In this document: one piece after another, positions 1 to 9,679 of the stretch | How positions within the stretch are numbered: the first letter of the stretch is position 1 | Layout of the letters: each line of letters opens with the position of its first letter | Assembly: GCA_045647525.1 (NCBI GenBank) | Contig: JAZRMK010000048.1 | Location: 7,928 to 71,927, forward strand | Direction of reading: 5' to 3' | DNA length: 64,000 bases | Source of the DNA: Acutalibacteraceae bacterium | GTDB lineage: Bacteria > Bacillota > Clostridia > Oscillospirales > Acutalibacteraceae | Program-made: the position numbers and the translations under genes | Notes under the pieces: model-generated | The model's database searches: none | Seen by the model: only the letters and a program-made list of their open reading frames with translations | What the model was told of the DNA's origin: nothing

Positions 1-697
1 CAAGCTGTTCGTTAACCTTGTCGGTCAATTCGCTGCCCTTTTCAAAGCCGATTGCGTAGTACTCTACATCACTTGACAAACCATCAACGATCATAAGATC
101 CTTGTAGTTGCCCTTACCACAGTAGCTCTTTGCAAGCTGTGCATCAAGAACTGCAAAACCGGCAGTACCGGAAGCAACCTCTAAAAGACAGTCTGTCTGT
201 TTCTGTGCGCCCTTAAAGGTGATGTTTTCAAAGCCCTTTGCATAGGTCTCACCTGCGGAACCACTCTCAGCCATACCTATTTTATCTTTAAGGCCTGCGG
301 CATCAACAATGCCGGAGTCGCTCTTTACAACAACTACCTGTCTGTTCTCCATATAATTATAAGAGAAGTCTACCTTGTCAGAACGCATAACGCCATCATC
401 GTCAGCAGTGTTGCAGGTAAATCCGTTCCAGATGCAGTCAATAGTGCCGGACTTCAAATCGGCATACTTATTATCCCAGGAAATTTCCTTGAAAACTACC
501 TCATAACCCATGTTCTCGAAGACTGCTTTTGCAAGTTCGGTATCAAAACCTATCAGGTTGCCGTCGGCGTCTTTATAGTTCATAGGTGCATAAATGGTAT
601 AACCTACAACGATGGTCTTTTCACCGCAGCCGGCAAACATAAGTACGCTCATAATGAGCACAAGGCACAAAGCCAGAAGTTTAAATAACTTTTTCAT
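1..697 (-). CDS. Amino-acid ABC transporter substrate-binding lipoprotein (family 3), partial; C-terminus lies beyond the window start
   Basis: Minus-strand frame from ATG at 697 reads MKKLFKLLALCLVLIMSVLMFAGCGEK (lipobox FAGC), then family-3 SBP motifs (GFDTELAKAV, DCIWNGFT). RBS AAGAGGAG lies upstream. The frame stays open to base 1. Confidence 0.8.
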   Translation of the reverse strand, partial: MKKLFKLLALCLVLIMSVLMFAGCGEKTIVVGYTIYAPMNYKDADGNLIGFDTELAKAVFENMGYEVVFKEISWDNKYADLKSGTIDCIWNGFTCNTADDDGVMRSDKVDFSYNYMENRQVVVVKSDSGIVDAAGLKDKIGMAESGSAGETYAKGFENITFKGAQKQTDCLLEVASGTAGFAVLDAQLAKSYCGKGNYKDLMIVDGLSSDVEYYAIGFEKGSELTDKVNEQL

Positions 698-769
698 ATT
701 TCTTTCTCCTCTTTAATACGGACGTGCCGTAATTTGTATTTTAGTGTATTACCACTTTAATGTGTTAAC

Positions 770-798
770 ATAGTAACACACCGCGAATGTCTTGTCAA
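770..798 (-). promoter_or_regulatory. Sigma-A-type promoter for the ABC binding-protein gene
   Basis: Minus strand reads TTGACA, 17 nt, TACTAT, about 70 nt upstream of the ATG at 697. Confidence 0.5.
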
Positions 799-823
799 GT
801 AAATTCCCGAAATTGCGCAACAA

Positions 824-866
824 AAAAGGAAAAGCAGCAGAACAATGTCCTGCTGCTTTTCCTTTT
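824..866. terminator. Strong bidirectional intrinsic-terminator hairpin between divergent genes
   Basis: 17-bp stem AAAAGGAAAAGCAGCAG / CTGCTGCTTTTCCTTTT with a 9-nt loop. A T-run follows it on both strands. Confidence 0.7.
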
Positions 867-1065
867 GGGGTTTTGTTTTGAGGAGGGTAGATGTCAGAAA
901 TTCGGGGTGCGGCTCCCTGCCTTCCTGACTGTATTCATTATATACCATGTCCTGTCGCCATTTGTTGATAAATTGTAAACTATAATTTAACAATTTTTAA
1001 GTTGTTGGAATAATAATACTCAAATTGTCAAAAATACAAAAAGAAACCTTTAAAGGAGAATTTTG

Positions 1066-1770
1066 ATGAGTGATAAAAGCAAAGGAAACGTCATAAAATT
1101 TCTTAACGGTAAAATATTTTATGTCGTTCTTATAATTTCATTCTTAGCAGTAGCGCTTGCGGCGTGGGCAGGACTTGAAGGCATTGACACCGCAAAGGTT
1201 CCAAACGAATCGGACATTAACTCTTCTAAGACACCGCTGAACAGTGCGGTATCGCCCGATGATACTAATGACCCCACCGTCAGCGAGCCAGACAGCACTC
1301 CCGAAACGGACACGGATAACGCACCCGACAAAGAAACCGAGGCGGCAGACGGTGCGGTTGCGGCGTTTTTCGTCAGACCTCTCTTAGGCGATACTTTGAA
1401 GACATTTTCAGATACACAACTTCAATTTTCCAAAACCTACGGTGATTTCAGACTCCACACAGCACTCGACATCGTCGCCGAACAGGGCGCTCCCGTCGTA
1501 GCGGCCGGCAACGGCACAGTCACTGCAATTTACAAAGACGACCTTTTAGGCACTGTTATTGAAATTGACCACGGAAACACCGTCACCGCAAGGTACTGCG
1601 GTCTTGCGGATGTTGTTCTGGTCAACAAGGGTGATACCGTCGATTCTTCTATCCAAGTCGGCAGTGTGGGCACTGTTCCCTCGGAAGCCGAAGACGGCGC
1701 ACATCTTCATTTGGAATTTTATCTCAACGGCAAGCCTGCCAACCCAGAAAACTTTTTTACCGACAATTAG
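1066..1770 (+). CDS. M23 family metallopeptidase (LytM domain) with N-terminal membrane anchor
   Basis: C-terminal HTALDI...IDHGN...GAHLHLEF motifs are typical of M23 peptidases. There is an N-terminal TM helix. RBS AGGAGA sits 6 nt before the ATG at 1066 (the track starts at TTG 1063). Confidence 0.85.
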   Translation: MSDKSKGNVIKFLNGKIFYVVLIISFLAVALAAWAGLEGIDTAKVPNESDINSSKTPLNSAVSPDDTNDPTVSEPDSTPETDTDNAPDKETEAADGAVAAFFVRPLLGDTLKTFSDTQLQFSKTYGDFRLHTALDIVAEQGAPVVAAGNGTVTAIYKDDLLGTVIEIDHGNTVTARYCGLADVVLVNKGDTVDSSIQVGSVGTVPSEAEDGAHLHLEFYLNGKPANPENFFTDN

Positions 1771-1816
1771 CGCGCCCTCTACGGACCAAATTTAATCAAA
1801 GCGTGGTCAGGGCAAC

Positions 1817-1849
1817 AAAAAAGCAGAAGTTTTTTAGCTTCTGCTTTTT
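1817..1849. terminator. Bidirectional intrinsic terminator
   Basis: Hairpin AAAAAGCAGAAG / CTTCTGCTTTTT flanked by A- and T-runs, between convergent genes. Confidence 0.75.
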
Positions 1850-1854
1850 GTTTT

Positions 1855-4800
1855 TTATTCAGTTCTCAACGCTTCAACGGGATCTTTCTTTGCAGCAACT
1901 CTTGACGGCACAAGACCTGCAACAAAGGTCAGTATCATACTGATAGCTACCAGAATTACTGCGCCACCGGTGGGCAGGAACGCAACATTCTTAATGCCAC
2001 TTACAGCCTCTATTATAATATTTATCGGGATATTCAAAAGCATCGTAACGATAATTCCTATCATACCCGCAACAAAGCCTACAATAAGTGTTTCTGCATT
2101 AAATACTCGTGAAATATCCTTTTTAGACGCGCCAATGGAACGCAAAATTCCAATTTCCTTTGTACGTTCAAATACCGAGATGTAGGTGATAATTCCTATC
2201 ATAATAGACGATACTACCAAAGAAATTGAAACGAACGCAATAAGCACATAGGAAATCACGTCAATAATCGTGCTGACCGACGACATCATAATTGCGACGT
2301 AATCTGTGTAGGTGATCTGGTCGTCTTCGGAAACTGTTTTATTGTAACTTGCAATAAATGACGCTATTTTTTCCTTATTTTCAAAGCTGGAAGCATAAAT
2401 GTTGATGCTTGACGGCTTGGATTTAACCGCATATCCCAACTTTTCAAGTGTGTCAACATAAGTGCTTTCCGATACTGTCGACGGAATGTAACTATCGTAA
2501 TAACCTGACAGGGTCACATCGTCGGATAACAATAACTGCTCGAATGCCGCCAACTTTTGAGTCTCGGGCATTGTTTTAAGAACCGATTCCAGTTGCTTAG
2601 CATACTGCATTTTATAGACACCGGTCAAAACTTCCGATACATACAAATCAAGAGTATTATCGTCAATCTGTTCAAATTGTTCCTTTGTAACAGTCTGTTG
2701 CTCGGTTTTATCGGGCATTTGATTATAAGTATCAATAATAAGTGCTATCTTGGAATCGCGGTCGGCAGGTGTGCTTTCCATAAGGAATTGGTCTATCTGT
2801 ATTTGTGTAGGTGTTGTAAAAATCTCACTGTAAACCGTCACCTTTTCCTCAGCACTCAACTGAGATGCCCACTCTTTGAACATTGTCGCACGTTCGGAGT
2901 GTGTGGGCTCTTTATAATCGGCGGTTTTGAAGGGAAGCCCTGTCAAAACATCGACTGTCGGATCTGCCAACTGCTGTTTTACAATGTCTGCCTTTGCAAT
3001 TTCTTCGAGATACCAGTCAGTAAGTTCAGGTAAATATCCGATAGCACCGGTCATAACGGTTGCGGTAACGTCTTCTTTGGGACGAATAATTCCTACAACA
3101 GTAAGTTCAGTGGCGCCACCCAATATCATACGCATCTTTTCTTCATAAAGTTTTTCGGTTTCTGCGGTGGTTCCCTTTGTGATTTCGACCCACTTATCCT
3201 TAACGCCGTCACCGTCGGTATCATAGCCCTCATACTTATCGGTAGGAAGTATCAGACGGAATTTCATTCCCATAATATCGTCATAGGTCCAAGAAGCATC
3301 TGCGTTGCTGTGGCTTTCGGTGTCTTTACCGTTCACAAGGCCCATCATCATATCCGAAATTTCGTTACGGTCTAAAAGTCCTAATGTAAACAAGAAGGTC
3401 TCGGACAACTCGTTGTTTTTATCAACAACCAGTACAACCTCATTTTTATTGCTCGGCCATTTCATCCCATCCTCTACAAGTTCGTACTGCTCGTACATAA
3501 TGGGATTTATGCCGTTGCCGTCCTTACTTTTCAAAATTTCTTGGAAAACCGAAAGACTACCGCTATTCATCACAGAGCCTGTAATCGACTGAGTCTGCTG
3601 ATCACCACTCATATATTGGGTGAACAATGACATAAAATCGTTGGTAGGAACAATGCCGTTTGAAAGATCATACGCATAGGTCTGCAAATCGGTTGAATAC
3701 CCGTACTGAATGGCGGAAATATAGTTCATAACCTCATTTCCGTCCTTTTCCAACCAGACCTTGAATTTTTCAAGATTATTAGTGTTGGTCTTACCCATTG
3801 CCTCCAACATATCATACATATCGGTGTTGGCATACACCTTTCCGTCGGCACGGTTATTTTTATCTTCGTCCTTGCTCATCATCGTAAGCAAAATTTGTGA
3901 CATATCTACCTGTTCGGCGTCAATGCTTATCGGATAGGACGAGAGTGCTTCTTCCTGCACTGTGTCGATATATGCTTTGAAACCTGATGACAGCGACAAT
4001 ATAAGTGCAATACCGATAATGCCTATACTGCCCGCAAAGGAAGTCATAAACGTACGTCCCTTTTTGGTCATAAGGTTATTAAGGCTAAGACTGAGTGCCG
4101 TAAAGAATGACATTGAATTGGCCTTTATATGCTTTTTCTTATTTTTCTTTTTGTTTTTGCTTTTCTTTTTTGAGGAATCGGCGGCCTCTTCGGCAGGCAC
4201 CGTTTCAGGCTTTGCATCAAGGCTGCTGTCATACGGAGCAGTATCCCCGATCACTTCGCCGTCGGAAAGCTTTACTATACGGGTCGAATACCTCTCGGCT
4301 AACTCAGGATTGTGGGTGACCATAATCACAAGTCGGTCTTTGGCAACCTCTTTAAGCAGTTCCATTATCTGCTCACTGGTTTCAGAATCAAGCGCTCCCG
4401 TAGGTTCATCTGCAAGCAAAATTTCGGGATTGTTTATAAGAGCACGCGCTATTGCAACACGTTGCATCTGTCCTCCCGACATTTGATTCGGTTTTTTGTG
4501 CAACTGATTTCCAAGCCCCACTTCTTTCAGCGCTTCAATGGCTCTTTTGCGACGTTCCTGCCTGCCGATACCTGAAAGGGTAAGTGCCAACTCAACATTG
4601 GAAAGCACAGTCTGGTGCGGAATGAGATTATAGCTTTGGAAAACGAAGCCTATCGGGTGGTTGCGGTATGTATCCCAGTCGCGATCCTTATACTCCTTGG
4701 TCGAAACACCGTCGATTATAAGGTCACCTTCAGTGTAACGGTCAAGTCCTCCTACGATGTTGAGCAACGTGGTTTTTCCGCAACCCGAATGGCCGAGTAC

Positions 4801-4908
4801 AGAAACAAACTCGTTGCGTCGAAACTCTATACTGACGCCATTAAGCGCAACAACTTCGAGTTCCCCGCCGGTTTCATACTTTTTTGTTATATTGCAAAGT
4901 TTTAACAT
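1855..4908 (-). CDS. ABC transporter, fused ATP-binding and FtsX/MacB-type permease protein with a very large extracytoplasmic domain
   Basis: N-terminal Walker A GHSGCGKTT, signature LSGGQMQR and Walker B LLADEPT. A Lys-rich linker follows, then a TM helix, about 550 aa of soluble domain and a C-terminal FtsX-like 3-TM bundle. Confidence 0.85.
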   Translation of the reverse strand: MLKLCNITKKYETGGELEVVALNGVSIEFRRNEFVSVLGHSGCGKTTLLNIVGGLDRYTEGDLIIDGVSTKEYKDRDWDTYRNHPIGFVFQSYNLIPHQTVLSNVELALTLSGIGRQERRKRAIEALKEVGLGNQLHKKPNQMSGGQMQRVAIARALINNPEILLADEPTGALDSETSEQIMELLKEVAKDRLVIMVTHNPELAERYSTRIVKLSDGEVIGDTAPYDSSLDAKPETVPAEEAADSSKKKSKNKKKNKKKHIKANSMSFFTALSLSLNNLMTKKGRTFMTSFAGSIGIIGIALILSLSSGFKAYIDTVQEEALSSYPISIDAEQVDMSQILLTMMSKDEDKNNRADGKVYANTDMYDMLEAMGKTNTNNLEKFKVWLEKDGNEVMNYISAIQYGYSTDLQTYAYDLSNGIVPTNDFMSLFTQYMSGDQQTQSITGSVMNSGSLSVFQEILKSKDGNGINPIMYEQYELVEDGMKWPSNKNEVVLVVDKNNELSETFLFTLGLLDRNEISDMMMGLVNGKDTESHSNADASWTYDDIMGMKFRLILPTDKYEGYDTDGDGVKDKWVEITKGTTAETEKLYEEKMRMILGGATELTVVGIIRPKEDVTATVMTGAIGYLPELTDWYLEEIAKADIVKQQLADPTVDVLTGLPFKTADYKEPTHSERATMFKEWASQLSAEEKVTVYSEIFTTPTQIQIDQFLMESTPADRDSKIALIIDTYNQMPDKTEQQTVTKEQFEQIDDNTLDLYVSEVLTGVYKMQYAKQLESVLKTMPETQKLAAFEQLLLSDDVTLSGYYDSYIPSTVSESTYVDTLEKLGYAVKSKPSSINIYASSFENKEKIASFIASYNKTVSEDDQITYTDYVAIMMSSVSTIIDVISYVLIAFVSISLVVSSIMIGIITYISVFERTKEIGILRSIGASKKDISRVFNAETLIVGFVAGMIGIIVTMLLNIPINIIIEAVSGIKNVAFLPTGGAVILVAISMILTFVAGLVPSRVAAKKDPVEALRTE

Positions 4909-4998
4909 GAATCGTCCTCTTTTGTGTTTTTTCTATATTTTACCATTTAAATATTAACGATGTGTTAATATTTAAAATTTTTTGCTCTAAAACAATTT

Positions 4999-6243
4999 TC
5001 AGTTCCACGAAACCTTAATCGCAGAAGAACCCGGTATAAGCGTCCATCCGTATTTTCTTATCTTATTCGGCTTGGAAATTTGTTCATTTGCGTCATCCAT
5101 AACGTCCCTCAAACCGAGTTCATTTACCACGCTTTCCATTTTTGAAACGCCTAACGAAACATCAAAGCCTATCTCTACCGACTTTTTTCCTTGATTTGCC
5201 GTATCACAGATAATCTTTACAAAGTCTGAACTCAATTGGTGTTTGCTTTTTATAAATGTCCCCTCTTTAACATAATAATTATTTTCCAAAGAAGTGCATT
5301 GAGGCAGAGCAAAATTATATGCCAGTTGTGTTTTTTCATCACCACTTAATTGCGCAAACTCACGGTCAATCGTCCTCGATTCCAAAAGGATTTCGGTAGT
5401 GACATTAAAGAAGAAGTGTACCTTTTCGTCACCCGAATCGTTGGTGGTAGGATCAACGTGATACCACTCACCGTCTATTTTGACAGTGTTCCACATATGC
5501 GGTTCATCGGTAACACCCGTAACAACCGTGCTTTCAAGTCCCAACATATTAAACGCTATTTGAAGTGCCTTTGAATACCCTTCACAAACAGCAAGTCCGT
5601 CAATCAGCGCACCCTTTACAGTCCATGCGTGTTCGTGCCCCGATTTTCCCGATACGGCATAAAAGTCGTATGTCACCTTTTTTACCAACCAATCGTGCGC
5701 TTTTAACTCTTTCGAGTACTGCGAATCACCGTCATTGACCGTTTTTAATAAATCCGCCAACTGTTCTTTTATCTCGACCTCGTATTCGTCACGCTCGTCG
5801 TCGGTACAAAGCCAATCTCTCACACTATCGGCAAACTTTATCTGCATATTATTGTTGACCGAGCGAAGATAATAGGCAGCAGGCAGCCAGAAATATTCAG
5901 GTCTGTCGCGGCGAACGCAGAAAAAAACAAACTCTAACTCTTCCTGCGTGCATTTGCCCACATCAATATACCCTGTCTGCATATCGTTTATTGCGTTATC
6001 CAACTTTATGTATATGCTTTTCTGCTCGGCATTAAGTTTTGAAAACATATATCGGTCAAGTTCATCTTTACATTCACTACCATCAGGATATATGTTGAAT
6101 TGAACGGTCGAATCCTTTTCGGTCAGCAACGTGTTCTCCACCTGTGTCGGCTTTCCTATAAAGGTGTTTATGGTTTCGGTCATTTTACAACCGCTCAATA
6201 TAATGCAAACAGAAAACACCAATGCTATGATTTTTTTGCTCAT
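4999..6243 (-). CDS. Transglutaminase-like domain lipoprotein
   Basis: Lipobox ILSGC. Transglutaminase-core Cys/His/Asp context: AVCEGYSKALQ...PHMWNTVKIDGEWYHVDPT. Confidence 0.75.
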   Translation of the reverse strand: MSKKIIALVFSVCIILSGCKMTETINTFIGKPTQVENTLLTEKDSTVQFNIYPDGSECKDELDRYMFSKLNAEQKSIYIKLDNAINDMQTGYIDVGKCTQEELEFVFFCVRRDRPEYFWLPAAYYLRSVNNNMQIKFADSVRDWLCTDDERDEYEVEIKEQLADLLKTVNDGDSQYSKELKAHDWLVKKVTYDFYAVSGKSGHEHAWTVKGALIDGLAVCEGYSKALQIAFNMLGLESTVVTGVTDEPHMWNTVKIDGEWYHVDPTTNDSGDEKVHFFFNVTTEILLESRTIDREFAQLSGDEKTQLAYNFALPQCTSLENNYYVKEGTFIKSKHQLSSDFVKIICDTANQGKKSVEIGFDVSLGVSKMESVVNELGLRDVMDDANEQISKPNKIRKYGWTLIPGSSAIKVSWN

Positions 6244-6875
6244 TTTTCAACCTCTTTCAATGCCACTAAAACATCTGCTAACGACAGATTGTTTTCTGTT
6301 ATGTTGGCTATGTTTTTAAACTCAGTTAATATATCTTTCTTTTTCATAGTTTCTACAAACTGACACCCCGCAAGACATAGCAACTGCGAGTCCATAATTT
6401 CTGCTGCTTGCGTGCCGGTCAGTAATTGTTCAATCCCCTCATTATTATATACTACTCCGTTTAATCTGTCACTAATTTTTGCGAAACTTTCGCTGTCAAA
6501 TTTAATAAAGCTTTGTAGTTTAAGGTCGTTTTGTATACTCACTGTTTCGGCAAATGTGTTAACTTGATCGTTATAAGCAAAATTCTCTGCCTCTTTTGAT
6601 ACGGTCAGAGGTCTTGCGGTAGTACTGAAATCGGACCCTGAAATTTCCAAAAGCGCCGCGGCAACACGGTTGTCTTTTGGCTCACAATAGAGCAATAAAA
6701 TATTGGTTGAACCGGTATTTTCAACGGAGCGCTCTGCCACGGAGTTGTACGCAACATCTTTTTCTATAAGCCTTGCCCCCGAAACCACTATTACTGCCAA
6801 GAATGCCGAGAAAAACAGCAGAAATGAAAGACCAAACGACAACGCAAAAAACGCAAACTTTCTCAAAATAATCAC
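6240..6875 (-). CDS. Hypothetical membrane-anchored protein
   Basis: Long ORF with an N-terminal TM helix. Its stop overlaps the downstream start by 4 nt, so it probably shares an operon with the two genes downstream. No family recognised. Confidence 0.55.
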   Translation of the reverse strand: MIILRKFAFFALSFGLSFLLFFSAFLAVIVVSGARLIEKDVAYNSVAERSVENTGSTNILLLYCEPKDNRVAAALLEISGSDFSTTARPLTVSKEAENFAYNDQVNTFAETVSIQNDLKLQSFIKFDSESFAKISDRLNGVVYNNEGIEQLLTGTQAAEIMDSQLLCLAGCQFVETMKKKDILTEFKNIANITENNLSLADVLVALKEVEK

Positions 6876-6947
6876 TCCTTAATATAATAAGTTTGCGTCC
6901 TATTTTGTGAGTTTATTCTAAATTGTGTTGACAAAGAAATTTAATGC

Positions 6948-6976
6948 TTGACTTTTAGTAAAGATTTGTATATAAT
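6948..6976 (+). promoter_or_regulatory. Promoter of tRNA-Val
   Basis: TTGACT, 17 nt, TATAAT, about 20 nt before the tRNA 5' end. Confidence 0.65.
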
Positions 6977-6996
6977 GACATTCGCAAGAAAAGTTC

Positions 6997-7072
6997 GGAC
7001 GTTTAGCTCAGCTGGTAGAGCACCCGCTTGACGTGCGGGCGGTCGAGGGTTCGAGTCCCCCAGCGTCCACCA
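6997..7072 (+). tRNA. tRNA-Val (anticodon GAC), CCA encoded
   Basis: Cloverleaf folded by hand: acceptor GGACGTT/AGCGTCC, anticodon stem CCCGC/GCGGG with loop TTGACGT, T-loop TTCGAGT, 3' CCA. Confidence 0.85.
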
Positions 7073-7075
7073 AAC

Positions 7076-7113
7076 AAAAACCTCTTTTGTCTTCAAGGAC
7101 AAAAGAGGTTTTC
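7076..7113. terminator. Bidirectional intrinsic terminator
   Basis: Hairpin AAAAACCTCTTTTGTC / GACAAAAGAGGTTTTT. Confidence 0.75.
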
Positions 7114-7119
7114 TTGCTT

Positions 7120-7986
7120 TTAAGGATTAAGAATAATATTTTCGTTTGCTAAGTCGCCTGCAAACCAATCATTCATATCATACGCTCTCAATGTGAATTC
7201 TATTTCTTCAACGTCATCTATGCCATTCTCTTCTAATGTACTGTCTAACCATGACATCGAAGTAAATTCACAGTTCCCGGCCGAAACCGAGTTCGAAAAG
7301 AACGGATTTACCATATAGCCGTTAACCGAAGTGTCTTCCGCCGCAAACATTATGTCTTTGCCGGATTTATTTATTATATACAGATTGACGGAATAACCCC
7401 AAACATCATCATGCTCGTAACCTGTAACAACAACCTTCGCATAGTCATTATCAAGTATTACCTTATCGGTCTTCTTTGCAGTTCTTTCGTACTTTTTGGC
7501 GTTTTCTTCCCCATAAGGATAAATGTGCACGGTTTCATATACTACATCTTCGGCTGACCAATCTTCGCTGTCGTAAACGCGGAATGTCAACTTGATGTCA
7601 GTGACGTCTTTTATTCCATTTTCTTCCAAATCATTAAGGCTGAACTCTATTGTTTCCTTAGACTTTTTGCCTGCCGGAACGGTTGAAGAGAAGTACGCAT
7701 AGCATTCAATTCCGTCAATGGAACTTCCGTCAGTTGTAAATGTATACTCTTTATCGGCTGATTTGTTTTCCAACTGAACCTCAACCGAGTATCCGAAAGG
7801 TTTCACCGATTTAAGACCTGTAACCTTAATCATGCATTCGTCATTATCGGCAACCGAAAGTTCAGTAAACGTAACCTTCTTGCTTCCTTTGGAATCATCA
7901 TCCTTGTCGGATTTTGAACCGCTGCCGCACGCAGCCAACGAAAGCAGCATAACAGCCACTAACAGTAGCGCGATTAACTTTTTCAT
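7120..7986 (-). CDS. Lipoprotein with two tandem copies of an about 130-aa domain
   Basis: Lipobox LSLAAC. Two homologous halves each end in ...LEENGI(K/D)DV..I.(F)T(F/L)R(V/A)YD..DW. Confidence 0.65.
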   Translation of the reverse strand: MKKLIALLLVAVMLLSLAACGSGSKSDKDDDSKGSKKVTFTELSVADNDECMIKVTGLKSVKPFGYSVEVQLENKSADKEYTFTTDGSSIDGIECYAYFSSTVPAGKKSKETIEFSLNDLEENGIKDVTDIKLTFRVYDSEDWSAEDVVYETVHIYPYGEENAKKYERTAKKTDKVILDNDYAKVVVTGYEHDDVWGYSVNLYIINKSGKDIMFAAEDTSVNGYMVNPFFSNSVSAGNCEFTSMSWLDSTLEENGIDDVEEIEFTLRAYDMNDWFAGDLANENIILNP

Positions 7987-8214
7987 ACTCTATTCCCCCT
8001 GAAATATTTTCTTTTGTGTAAGCCAAAGCATAACAATGCCCTAAGCTATATAGAAAAACGCATCAAGCATTTTACAAGAATATTTTAGCACCAAAAATTT
8101 GAACTGTAAAGTTTTTCCTGATAATCACCAAAAAATTTTGTAGCATTCTTACATTATATGTGGTATAGTTGTTTGCGTAGTGTGTTTTTTAGTAAAATAC
8201 ATTAAAATCAACTG

Positions 8215-8243
8215 TTGACTTTAACGCGGTGATGTGTTACAAT
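8215..8243 (+). promoter_or_regulatory. Promoter of the yerC-like/his operon
   Basis: TTGACT, 17 nt, TACAAT, about 35 nt upstream of the ATG at 8281. Confidence 0.55.
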
Positions 8244-8280
8244 GCTAACATATTAAATTTGCCGTTTATGTGAGGTTATT

Positions 8281-8562
8281 ATGTCTAAATTCGATAAAAC
8301 AACCCTTAATGAACTTTATTCTGCTGTTCTTTCCTTGGAAAGCAAGGAAGAGTGCGATGCTTTTTTTGAAGATATCTGCACAATTCAGGAATTAGAGGCT
8401 CTTACCCAACGTTTGCAGGTCGCAAAGCTTTTAAAAAGCGGTATGAGTTATTCAGAGGTCAACAAGCAGACCGGCGCGAGCACCGCCACCATTTGCCGCG
8501 TTGGTAAATGTATCAACTACGGTAACGGCGGTTACGAAATGGTCCTTGACCGAATTAAGTGA
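8281..8562 (+). CDS. YerC/YecD-family TrpR-like DNA-binding protein, first gene of the his operon (candidate histidine repressor)
   Basis: 93 aa. The pattern ...ELEALTQRLQVAKLL..G.SY.EV...TGASTATI.RV...L.YG.GGY is characteristic of the YerC/TrpR-like family. Confidence 0.75.
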   Translation: MSKFDKTTLNELYSAVLSLESKEECDAFFEDICTIQELEALTQRLQVAKLLKSGMSYSEVNKQTGASTATICRVGKCINYGNGGYEMVLDRIK

Positions 8563-8571
8563 GGATGTAAA

Positions 8572-9678
8572 ATGTTTAACGAATCTATTTTAAAAAGTGA
8601 AGAACGCATTGTTTTTGCACTTCGTTCAATTTATACCCGCTTCGGCTACTCCCGTTTTAAGATGAACAAGTTTGAAGAGTACGACCTTTACGCTAAAATG
8701 AAGGATTCTCTCATTTCCGACGGTGTTATAACCTTCACCGATACAAACGGAAAGTTGTTGGCTTTAAAGCCCGACGTTACTCTTTCTATCATTAAAAATT
8801 CGGTTGACAAGCCCGGCGTCGTTCAAAAACTCTATTATGACGAGAGTGTCTACCGTGTTTCCGGTTCTTCTAAAACCTTTAAGGAAATCACCCAGACGGG
8901 ACTTGAAGTTCTCGGTGATATTTCCCTTTACAATGTAAGTGAGGTTTTGGTTCTGGCGTTGAAGAGTCTTGAAACCATCGATGAAAATTATATTCTTGAT
9001 TTGGCAAATGCCGAGCTTTTCTCGGCACTTTTGAAAGTCTGCAACCTTTCTGATTCTGTCAAAGCCAATTTAACGGAAGCTATTAAACGCAAATCGAAGG
9101 ACTCTGTTGCCGACCTTTTGAACAGCGGTAAGATTGATGCAAATGCTTATGAGATTGCCGAAAAGCTCATCTCTAATTACAAGGATTTCGACAGTCTTAA
9201 AAACGCCTTTTCTTACATAGACGATGCCGACGTAAACGCCGCACTCTATGAAATGTGCGAACTCGGTAAAACCGTCACGGCATTGGGATATGGCAGCAAA
9301 ATCAATATCGACTTTTCCATTGTTAACGCCCAAGGATATTATAGCGGTATCGTTTTCAAGGGCTATATCAAAGGTATTCCTATGGAAGTTTTATCGGGCG
9401 GACGTTACGATAAACTTATGAAAAAAATGGGCAAACGTTTGGGCGCGGTAGGTTTTGCTGTTTACCTTGACAGTCTTAACCGTTTAAAAGCCACTTCGTC
9501 CGACTTTGACTGTGACTATATGCTTATATCCAACGGTTGCGACTGTGCCGCCGTTATAAAGCAGGTTGAAGAACTCTCGAAAGATGGCAGCAGTGTCACC
9601 GTAGTTTGTGCATTCGATGCCGATATACGTTGCAAAAAAGTCTTTGAATTGACTGCCGACGGATTGGAGGAGAAATAA
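8572..9678 (+). CDS. hisZ: ATP phosphoribosyltransferase regulatory subunit
   Basis: HisRS-like fold without an anticodon domain, sited immediately upstream of a short-form hisG. Confidence 0.85.
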   Translation: MFNESILKSEERIVFALRSIYTRFGYSRFKMNKFEEYDLYAKMKDSLISDGVITFTDTNGKLLALKPDVTLSIIKNSVDKPGVVQKLYYDESVYRVSGSSKTFKEITQTGLEVLGDISLYNVSEVLVLALKSLETIDENYILDLANAELFSALLKVCNLSDSVKANLTEAIKRKSKDSVADLLNSGKIDANAYEIAEKLISNYKDFDSLKNAFSYIDDADVNAALYEMCELGKTVTALGYGSKINIDFSIVNAQGYYSGIVFKGYIKGIPMEVLSGGRYDKLMKKMGKRLGAVGFAVYLDSLNRLKATSSDFDCDYMLISNGCDCAAVIKQVEELSKDGSSVTVVCAFDADIRCKKVFELTADGLEEK

Positions 9679-9679
9679 G

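Noticed and set aside
757-993. Two overlapping track ORFs (78 aa on the minus strand, 63 aa on the plus strand) in the 698-1062 intergenic region
   Set aside because: They run through a 17-bp terminator stem and a promoter, lack an RBS and have odd composition. The region is better explained as regulatory or sRNA DNA.
2557-4905. Many 60-175-aa plus-strand ORFs antisense to the 1017-aa ABC fusion gene (with similar antisense ORFs inside hisD, mutS2, spoIIE, the YfhO gene and others)
   Set aside because: They are wholly embedded antisense to long, motif-bearing genes, with low-complexity translations and no RBS. These are typical shadow ORFs.
7987-8280. Possible T-box or attenuator leader upstream of the his operon
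   Set aside because: The best promoter leaves only about 35 nt of leader. There is no specifier or T-box sequence and no terminator-antiterminator pair.
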